DNA from: a virus
Reading direction: 5' to 3' (one strand)
Virus record (IMG/VR): IMGVR_UViG_3300020030_000013
Coordinates: 1 to 5,950 of that record
DNA length: 5,950 bases
Of the stretch, positions 1-5,376 are shown one piece after another; the stretch's first letter is position 1; each line of letters starts with the position of its first letter. Made by a program: the position numbers and the translations under genes. The notes under the pieces are model-generated. The model saw only the letters and a program-made list of their open reading frames with translations. It had not been told where the DNA came from and did no database searches.

Positions 1-43
1 AGGCCTTGATTGCGTACCCTGACTTTTCGGTCGATTTTTTCGA
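1..43. repeat. Terminal redundancy, an exact copy of 5908..5950, marking a closed circular genome of 5907 nt
   Basis: The string aggccttgattgcgtaccctgacttttcggtcgattttttcga at 1..43 is identical to 5908..5950, base by base. This is the typical overlap signature of a circular contig. Confidence 0.97.
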
Positions 44-122
44 CAATACGCTCGTTTTAATGTTTAGTACTGATCTGACTCGCGATGAAAGCACGTCGAA
101 AGAAGAAGGGAAGGGGAACTAA
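1..122 (+). CDS. 3' part of a junction-spanning hypothetical protein (107 aa once the circle is closed; the 5' part is 5706..5907)
   Basis: The reading frame entering from 5706 continues through the repeat. Codons GCC TTG ATT start at base 3 and the frame runs to TAA at 120..122. The C-terminal sequence is ...EALIAYPDFSVDFFDNTLVLMFSTDLTRDESTSKEEGKGN. By my count 48 of 107 codons end in T, like the core genes. I recognise no homology. Confidence 0.6.
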   Translation, partial: ALIAYPDFSVDFFDNTLVLMFSTDLTRDESTSKEEGKGN

Positions 123-168
123 AGTAGTGACCCGCCCGCTTGGTGGTAGAGTTCTTTAACTCGTTAGT

Positions 169-202
169 CCTGCGGGAGAAAAATCTCTCGCAGGCTTTTT
201 TT
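169..202 (+). terminator. Rho-independent terminator
   Basis: An 11-bp stem pairs cctgcgggaga (169..179) with tctctcgcagg (184..194). There is one G.U pair at 175/188 and the loop is aaaa (180..183). The stem is followed by c and then seven T (196..202). It sits 46 nt after the stop codon at 120..122. Confidence 0.85.
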
Positions 203-228
203 CAAGCGTAGATTAATGCTTTTAAGTT

Positions 229-429
229 ATGGATAATTTTGATTTTAAGCCTAGATTTTCTCCTATTATTAATGGTGTTCCTCATCGTTATTCTATTGGC
301 GCATATCGCGGCAAAAAGCGAGTCCCTATCGCTTGGTTTGTCGACGAAGGTTCTGCAAACGACTATCTTGCTCGCTGTCGTCGGACTAACCCTTATATCA
401 AGTTTGATTGTCTTAGAAGTCTTTTTTAA
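229..429 (+). CDS. Small basic hypothetical protein (66 aa), translationally coupled to the replication initiator
   Basis: ATG start. By my count 41 of 66 codons end in T, a strong frame signal. There are 12 K/R versus 6 D/E. The stop TAA (427..429) overlaps the Rep ATG (429..431) as TAATG. I recognise no family. Confidence 0.7.
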   Translation: MDNFDFKPRFSPIINGVPHRYSIGAYRGKKRVPIAWFVDEGSANDYLARCRRTNPYIKFDCLRSLF

Positions 430-1499
430 TGCCCTGCTCTTCCCCTATATGGATACGGAATCGTCGTTATTTCGACAAGAAGAATCCCTGTCGTAACGGT
501 TCCGACGTCGCCAAGTCCGCTTTGGCTCTTCGCCCCTGGGATATTGCTCGCCAGTGGCTAATGGTTCCCTGCGGAAAGTGTGAAGACTGCTTGCGTCGTC
601 AGCGTAACGATTGGTTTATCCGACTTGAGCGCGAGCTTGCTCGTTGTAAAGCCGATTCTCAGCAGGCTATCTTCATTACGATAACTATTGCTCCTGAGTA
701 TTATCAGGAAGCTCTTCTTGACCCGGCCCGTTTTATTCGACGATGGAACGAGCGTGTTCGCCACAATCTTGGTCACTCTTTTAAACATGCGTTTTTCCAA
801 GAGTTTGGCACCCACCCCGAAGTTGGTTCTGAGCCGCGCCTACATTTCCATGGTTTTCTTTTTGGGACTAATGTTTTATACAACGAAATCCGAAAGGCTG
901 TTGGAGACCTTGGTTTTGTTTGGCTCGGGAAGGGCACGCACAAGCGGGCTCGATATGTTGTTAAATATGTTACTAAACAAATCCAGTTTAACCCCGAGGA
1001 TGTTTCGGGTAAATTCGTTACTATAAATGGAAAAGCTACACCTCTATCTACTCTCCTCCAACATCGCCGTTATACGCGAAAATTCGTATCTGCTGGCGTT
1101 GGTGATTTTCTTGGCTATATGCCTCGTCCTTCTGCTCGTATTACGTCGTGGTCTTATTTCGACTTTAAGAAGGGTATCAATTATAATTACTCGATTCCTC
1201 GATATTATCTTAGGTATCTTAAACCGGAAGACGACGTTGTTCGCTCGATTACCGCTGCTGACGCTTATTCACGTTTTAGCAAGTCTTCTCTGGTTAAGCG
1301 TATTGTGTCTCTGTGTGTTGAGCGGTTCAATCTCAACTCCGCCGTATCCGGTAGAGCGTCGTACACGTGGGAGCAAAAGCAAATGATGCGCTTCTCTTCC
1401 TCCTCTCAAAAAATGCCTAATTTCGATCCTCCTACTTGGCTTGATTTCGATATCCTTCATTTTTGGGAGGATCACTATAAACTTCAACTAATTATTTAA
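429..1499 (+). CDS. Replication initiation protein (Microviridae VP4 / gene A-like HUH rolling-circle endonuclease)
   Basis: RCR motif 1 is FITITI (aa 82-87). The HUH motif is LHFHGFLF, with H139-F-H141 at nt 843..851. The catalytic tyrosine motif is ARYVVKYVTK, with Y176 at nt 954..956 and Y180. The N-terminal MPCSSPIWIRN plus PCGKCEDCLRRQRNDW (cysteines at nt 570..590) is typical of non-phiX microvirus Reps. Confidence 0.94.
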   Translation: MPCSSPIWIRNRRYFDKKNPCRNGSDVAKSALALRPWDIARQWLMVPCGKCEDCLRRQRNDWFIRLERELARCKADSQQAIFITITIAPEYYQEALLDPARFIRRWNERVRHNLGHSFKHAFFQEFGTHPEVGSEPRLHFHGFLFGTNVLYNEIRKAVGDLGFVWLGKGTHKRARYVVKYVTKQIQFNPEDVSGKFVTINGKATPLSTLLQHRRYTRKFVSAGVGDFLGYMPRPSARITSWSYFDFKKGINYNYSIPRYYLRYLKPEDDVVRSITAADAYSRFSKSSLVKRIVSLCVERFNLNSAVSGRASYTWEQKQMMRFSSSSQKMPNFDPPTWLDFDILHFWEDHYKLQLII

Positions 1500-1502
1500 T
1501 TT

Positions 1503-3302
1503 ATGGGAAAACAACCTTTTATCTCACACGCCGTAAATGGCTACTCTCGCTATGATGTTCCTGAGAGTAAAGCCTTTACATGCACACCGGGTATTCTCTA
1601 TCCGGTGCGAATCGATTTTATTAATGCTCGGGACCGCGTATCCATTGAGCAGGGAATTGACGTTCGGAGCAATCCGCTTGCCGTTCCGACGTTTAACCCC
1701 TATACTGTTCGGCTTCATCGCTTCTGGGTGCCCCTTCAGCTGTATCACCCCGAGCTTCGGACGAATAGTAGTAAGTTTGATATGAACGATTTGAGTCTTA
1801 ATTGGATTGCCTCTTGTCAGCCTCAAGCGGGTAGTCTGAATGCTGATTTTTTCGGTGCGGCTTATACTAATTCGTTGATGGCTTGGTTGCGTATCGCTAA
1901 TAAATACACTACTGGTGTATCCAGCGTTCCTTCTTCCGTGTCTCTCCCCGCTAATTCTTCTATGGATCGTTGGAGTAATGCGGATTCGTATTTAGCCTAT
2001 TGGGATATCGTCCGCAACTACTATAGCTATTCGCAGTGGGGACTTTACTCTTTCGCTTGGCCCATGGCTAACAAAGTTCGTTATTCTGGTTCTTCTTATG
2101 CTCTCGATCCCGATAATTCTGGAGACTCTCGCTTTTTTACACAGTGTTTTGGAAATCTTGAGTTCCTTGATGCTTACTTTGAGAGTCAGTTTTATCCGTC
2201 GGCCTTGACTTCTACGAATAATACTTTTAATCGCGGTAATTTGTTTACGCAGATAATTCGTTCTGACCTGGATAATGCTGCTGCTTCCGGTAATGGTTTC
2301 CCCGTTTCTACGACCCTCCCGTCTTCCTCGCTTTGGGGTTCAACCGGTATTATTTCTCAGATTTTGCCTACTGCTTCTTCTGCGGGCAATTCTGCTGTTT
2401 CCTATTTTGTTACAGCGCATCCTATGGCTGTATGTCCTTCGAATCCCGATCGTTTTAGTCGTCTTATTCCCACTGGCGCTAATTCTGCTGTATCTATGAC
2501 GGGCGTGTCTACTATTCCTCAGTTGGCCATTGCTTCTCGTCTCCAGGAATACAAGGACTTGCTTGGTGCTGGAGGTAGCCGTTATAGTGATTGGCTGGAA
2601 ACGTTTTTTGCCTCCAAGATTGAGCACGTTGATCGTCCAAAACTCCTTTTCAGTGCCTCGCAGACTGTTAATGTGCAGATTATTATGAATCAAGCCGGGG
2701 ATAATAATTTTTCTGGTAATCAACCCCTTGGGCAACAAGGCGGTTCTATTGCTTTCAATGATCGTTTAGGTCGTCGTCAGTCTTATTACTTTCGTGAGCC
2801 TGGTTATATAATTGATATGTTGAGTATTCGCCCTGTTTATTACTGGTCTTTTATCAAGCCGGACTATCTCAACTACATGGGTCCTGACTACTTTAACCCT
2901 ATTTATAACGATATTGGATATCAAGACGTTCCTGCCTTTCGTCTTGCTTTTAACGGCAATCCTGGGGCTTCATTTGCTACCGAACCTTGTTTTAATGAGT
3001 TTCGTTCTTCTTATGATGAGGTGTTAGGTCAGCTCCAGGCTTATAATATGCCGGAGGCCGAAGGTGGATCCGGAATTCCTCTCTACTCTTATTGGGTTCA
3101 GCAGCGCACTGTTTATACTCATAGTGGAACCGGTTCCCTTCCTGAGGCTAGTTATTATCCCCTTCTTTTCGTTGATTTGGCTCAGGTTAATTCTCCTTTT
3201 AAGTCAAATGTTGAGGATAATTTCTTTGTGAATATGTCTTATGCCGTCCAGAAGAAGAGCCTCGTTAATAAAACTTTTGCGACTCGTTTGTCTAACCGTT
3301 AA
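1503..3302 (+). CDS. Major capsid protein (Microviridae VP1 / F-like jelly-roll capsid protein)
   Basis: The ORF is 599 aa. Conserved microvirus capsid blocks are present: TPGILYPVRIDFINARDRVSI, LHRFWVPLQLYHP, AYWDIVRNYY, ASRLQEYKDLLGAGGSRYSDWLETFF, DRPKLLFSAS and YQDVPAFR. It is the largest ORF and has a strong T3 codon bias. Confidence 0.95.
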   Translation: MGKQPFISHAVNGYSRYDVPESKAFTCTPGILYPVRIDFINARDRVSIEQGIDVRSNPLAVPTFNPYTVRLHRFWVPLQLYHPELRTNSSKFDMNDLSLNWIASCQPQAGSLNADFFGAAYTNSLMAWLRIANKYTTGVSSVPSSVSLPANSSMDRWSNADSYLAYWDIVRNYYSYSQWGLYSFAWPMANKVRYSGSSYALDPDNSGDSRFFTQCFGNLEFLDAYFESQFYPSALTSTNNTFNRGNLFTQIIRSDLDNAAASGNGFPVSTTLPSSSLWGSTGIISQILPTASSAGNSAVSYFVTAHPMAVCPSNPDRFSRLIPTGANSAVSMTGVSTIPQLAIASRLQEYKDLLGAGGSRYSDWLETFFASKIEHVDRPKLLFSASQTVNVQIIMNQAGDNNFSGNQPLGQQGGSIAFNDRLGRRQSYYFREPGYIIDMLSIRPVYYWSFIKPDYLNYMGPDYFNPIYNDIGYQDVPAFRLAFNGNPGASFATEPCFNEFRSSYDEVLGQLQAYNMPEAEGGSGIPLYSYWVQQRTVYTHSGTGSLPEASYYPLLFVDLAQVNSPFKSNVEDNFFVNMSYAVQKKSLVNKTFATRLSNR

Positions 3303-3314
3303 TACATTGATTTT

Positions 3315-3611
3315 ATGGCACTTGATTGGTTACTTGAAGATGTTCCCGCTTACGTTTCTCGCGGTCAGCGTATCCTTTCCGTTCTTGACGGTTCTGGTTC
3401 TGTCGACGTCCTTCCCGGTCGTCCAGATGTAACAGCTGAACCCTCTGACTTTGAGAAAGGAGAGAAGTATAATCCTGATATTGACTTTGACCCTAATTCC
3501 TTCTCTCGTATGGATAAGTTTGACGGTCTCGAAGTAGGTCAAGAACTTATTGATTCAATGATAGATAGGAGTAAGTCTGACTCGAAGTCTACTAATCCTG
3601 AAGAAAAATAG
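3315..3611 (+). CDS. Acidic hypothetical protein (98 aa); candidate internal scaffolding protein
   Basis: ATG start 12 nt after the capsid stop. By my count 48 of 98 codons end in T. There are 22 D/E versus 11 K/R. The scaffold function is only inferred, from size, charge and position beside the capsid gene. Confidence 0.6.
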   Translation: MALDWLLEDVPAYVSRGQRILSVLDGSGSVDVLPGRPDVTAEPSDFEKGEKYNPDIDFDPNSFSRMDKFDGLEVGQELIDSMIDRSKSDSKSTNPEEK

Positions 3612-3633
3612 GATATCCTTTACTTGACGATAT

Positions 3634-3936
3634 ATGCTACGTGCGCGGACCCCTCTTGCAAGAGTTCGTGAATTGCTAGAGGTTATTGGTAACGACTGCA
3701 GGAGAGGCCGCGCATTTTTCTATCGTTCTTTAAATTCTACTATCATGTCTGATACCAAACAACCGTTTTATAAGTCGAAGGCGTTTTGGACGCTTGTTTC
3801 TTCTATTGTCGCTGCTTTAGCTGCCTTTTTTCTTGCCTCGTGTTCGGCTCAAGCTAGAATGCAGCGTAGCGGCGTTCACATCGACACTGTCCGTGTTGAT
3901 TATATTATTCGTTCTAACAATTTAACCCATATATAG
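3634..3936 (+). CDS. Small membrane protein, probably a lipoprotein precursor; the maximal ORF is 100 aa and the more plausible product is 63 aa from the internal ATG at 3745
   Basis: From M38 (nt 3745) the sequence is MSDTKQPFYKSK-AFWTLVSSIVAALAAFFLAS-C. This gives a Lys-rich n-region, a 20-aa hydrophobic core and a lipobox L-A-S-C. The mature peptide would be 31 aa (CSAQARMQRSGVHIDTVRVDYIIRSNNLTHI). By my count 32 of 63 codons in 3745..3936 end in T. The stop TAG (3934..3936) is 1 nt before the next gene. The upstream 37 codons overlap the stem-loop at 3642..3719, so the true start is uncertain. Confidence 0.65.
   Translation: MLRARTPLARVRELLEVIGNDCRRGRAFFYRSLNSTIMSDTKQPFYKSKAFWTLVSSIVAALAAFFLASCSAQARMQRSGVHIDTVRVDYIIRSNNLTHI
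3642..3719 (+). other. Extended imperfect stem-loop followed by a T5 run (candidate terminator and/or ssDNA structural element)
   Basis: Pairings are 3642..3648 tgcgcgg with 3708..3714 ccgcgca (7 bp), 3652..3656 cctct with 3703..3707 agagg (5 bp), and 3657..3660 tgca with 3697..3700 tgca (4 bp). A further 5 bp form between 3664..3669 and 3692..3696, with one bulged base. The apical loop is about 3670..3691, and ttttt follows at 3715..3719. A competing local 12-nt perfect palindrome, ctcttgcaagag, lies at 3653..3664. Confidence 0.6.
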
Positions 3937-3937
3937 T

Positions 3938-5305
3938 ATGCCTATTCCCATTGCCTCCGCCGCATCCTTCGGTCAAGCCCTTGGTCAGTCCGCTGCCTCT
4001 ACGGGTACTACAGGCTTGATTTCTGGCGCCCTTGGTCAGCTTTTCGGAGGCATGAATGCCCGTCGCCAGTGGCGTTTTCAACAAAAGCAAATGAAGCTTC
4101 AACAGCAGTATGCTTTAGAGCAAATGCAGAAACAGTCGGAGCTTTCTTACGCTAATTGGCAGAAACAATTTGATTATGAAAACGCTTATAATGACCCTTC
4201 AAAACTTTTTGCTCGCTATTTGAAGGCTGGTGTTACCCCTGCCGCCGTTTTAGGTTCTTCAGGCGTTGGCGTCAACGCTACGATGTCAGGAGGTTCTGCT
4301 GCTATGCCTTCCGCTGCTGGTCCTTCTGGTGGTTCCCCAGTTAGTCCCGGTGCTTCACCTATTGCCGACCCCGCTGCTATTGCGCAGAATATGGTTGCCC
4401 AGTCTACGGTTGATCGCAATACTGCTGCCGCTGCTCGTGATGAAGCGGAGGCTCGTTCTATTGATGACCAGAATGTCGGCAATCAGCTTTATGTTGCTAT
4501 GGCTCAGGCTCGTGTAGCTCTTGATGAGGCAGTAACAAAACATAATTTAGCTGCCCATGATGTTCTTCGAGTTCAAGAGGATATAGAAAAGAACAATCGA
4601 TTTATTTCTGATTCTACCCTTTTGAGTGTCATTGATGAAAAGAAGAATCAGGCTGCCCTTGTCGCTGCGGAAGTTCGCCGCTTGAATATCGAGAATGAAA
4701 ATATAGGTGCTGTCATGTCGGCTCAAGCCTTCATGATGAATACTCAGGCTGCTCTCAATCAAGTTCTTGGCCAGCAGGCTCGTGAAGTTATAGAGTCTTT
4801 ACGTTTAAATAATCTTGACACTGCTAATGAGCTCGCGCGTAATTGGGACAAGCGTTTCGATATCGAAATTCCGAATCCTCAGTATTCAGGAAATCTTAGA
4901 AGCAAAAATCCTATTACCCGTGGAAATCCCGGTCCTAAGACTTTCAAGATTTCAATGTCGCTTAAAGATTTTCACGATAAAACCATTATAAACGAAGCAA
5001 ATGCATCTGATTTCCTTCCCGAGCAGGCCCGCATTGCTCTTCGTAACGCGAAGGTTGACCCGTATGTTGAAATTTCTAAAGCTTTAGTCGGTGCGGCTGC
5101 TAGCATCGCTGGCGCAGGTATAATTCGCGGAGGCATGTCTCGTGCCTCTAAGACTATCTCTGCTGGCGGTTCTACCAGCGATTCCGCCGGCTCTTCGCTT
5201 ACGACTCGTTATGACTCGAGAGGAAATCTTGTTGGTTATGCGAAGACAGAGATGACTCGTGGTACTCACTCGAGTTCGTACAATACTACTCGAAGCTCTC
5301 GTTAG
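3938..5305 (+). CDS. Minor capsid / DNA pilot protein (Microviridae VP2 / H-like)
   Basis: The ORF is 455 aa. It has a Gly/Ala-rich hydrophobic N-terminus (PIPIASAASFGQALGQSAASTGTTGLISGALGQLFGG), then a Q-rich segment. The motif YENAYNDPSKLFARYLKAGVTPAAVLG (nt 4175..4255) is typical of VP2 proteins. An A/G/S/P linker is followed by a long heptad-like Ala/Gln/Glu region and a C-terminal glycine-zipper-like segment, ALVGAAASIAGAGIIRGG. Confidence 0.82.
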   Translation: MPIPIASAASFGQALGQSAASTGTTGLISGALGQLFGGMNARRQWRFQQKQMKLQQQYALEQMQKQSELSYANWQKQFDYENAYNDPSKLFARYLKAGVTPAAVLGSSGVGVNATMSGGSAAMPSAAGPSGGSPVSPGASPIADPAAIAQNMVAQSTVDRNTAAAARDEAEARSIDDQNVGNQLYVAMAQARVALDEAVTKHNLAAHDVLRVQEDIEKNNRFISDSTLLSVIDEKKNQAALVAAEVRRLNIENENIGAVMSAQAFMMNTQAALNQVLGQQAREVIESLRLNNLDTANELARNWDKRFDIEIPNPQYSGNLRSKNPITRGNPGPKTFKISMSLKDFHDKTIINEANASDFLPEQARIALRNAKVDPYVEISKALVGAAASIAGAGIIRGGMSRASKTISAGGSTSDSAGSSLTTRYDSRGNLVGYAKTEMTRGTHSSSYNTTRSSR

Positions 5306-5319
5306 AATTGTTGATTTTT

Positions 5320-5350
5320 TTTGCATTTTAGATTTTTGTTGTTATATTTG
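5320..5350 (+). promoter_or_regulatory. Candidate Bacteroidota-type promoter (-33 TTTG / -7 TAnnTTTG)
   Basis: TTTG lies at 5320..5323, followed by a 19-nt spacer and TAtaTTTG at 5343..5350. It sits in the 71-nt gap after the VP2 stop. In my scan this is the only one of four TAnnTTTG occurrences on the + strand that is both intergenic and has a correctly spaced upstream TTTG. Confidence 0.5.
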
Positions 5351-5376
5351 TGGCACAAACCAATAACCGTATTGCT

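Noticed and set aside
30-44. Small hairpin gtcga-ttttt-tcgac inside the terminal repeat
   Set aside because: It is a 5-bp A/T-looped stem within coding sequence of the junction-spanning ORF, and is too weak and too short to call functional. Its location at the window junction is a coincidence of where the contig was cut.
151-159. Motifs shared between the two structured intergenic regions: GTTCTTTAA at 151..159 and 3725..3733, ctgcgggaga at 170..179 against ctgcaggaga at 3696..3705, and AGAGTTC at 147..153 and 3661..3667
   Set aside because: The motifs are short and partly T-rich. Their order and position relative to the hairpins differ between the two regions: the 10-mer forms the 5' arm in one region and the 3' arm in the other. 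The chance probability is not negligible. They are worth a look only if conserved in relatives.
234-241. Other TAnnTTTG matches (234..241 TAatTTTG, 1772..1779 TAagTTTG, 3515..3522 TAagTTTG) as additional Bacteroides-type promoters
   Set aside because: All lie inside coding sequence. None has a TTTG 19-21 nt upstream. The nearest, for 3515, has a 25-nt spacer. Such 6-of-8 defined motifs are expected by chance in a T-rich genome.
688-1386. +1-frame hydrophobic ORFs inside core genes (688..1026, 1027..1386, 1537..1785, 2275..2499, 4266..4517, 5438..5686)
   Set aside because: They are a systematic artefact. Host codons end in T, so the +1 frame has T at the middle position and encodes Leu/Phe/Ile/Val strings with few stops. 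Several begin at non-ATG codons. The pattern is useful only as confirmation of the host frames.
2340-2738. 132-aa minus-strand ORF antisense to the capsid gene. Other minus-strand ORFs are at 558..815, 1269..1487, 1524..1826, 3330..3542, 3914..4102, 4216..4482, 4355..4543, 4547..4762 and 5084..5326.
   Set aside because: All lie entirely antisense to strongly T3-biased + strand genes and have Arg/Ser/Gly/Asn-rich junk-like composition. Microviridae transcribe one strand only. No promoter or terminator context supports them.
3622-3635. Resemblance to the phiX174 origin core CAACTTGATATTAATAAC: ACTTGAcgATATAT at 3622..3635 and TTGATATgAA at 1777..1786
   Set aside because: Only 6-9 nt of A/T-rich sequence match. 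This Rep is very distant from phiX A protein, so its nick site need not resemble the phiX origin. The resemblance cannot be distinguished from chance without experimental nick mapping or conservation data.
3641-3650. Possible dif-like / XerCD integration site (GTGCGC core) or other evidence of a temperate lifestyle
   Set aside because: Only a hexamer resembles the E. coli dif arm. No integrase is present, there are no att-like flanking host sequences, and the terminal repeat is fully explained by circular assembly. Lifestyle cannot be inferred from this window.
5350-5376. GTG at 5350 as the start of the 110-aa form of the ORF ending at 5682
   Set aside because: This G is the last base of the predicted -7 promoter box, so it would lie upstream of the transcript start. 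ATG 5377 is the first start codon on the predicted mRNA. The choice is not excluded if the promoter call is wrong.
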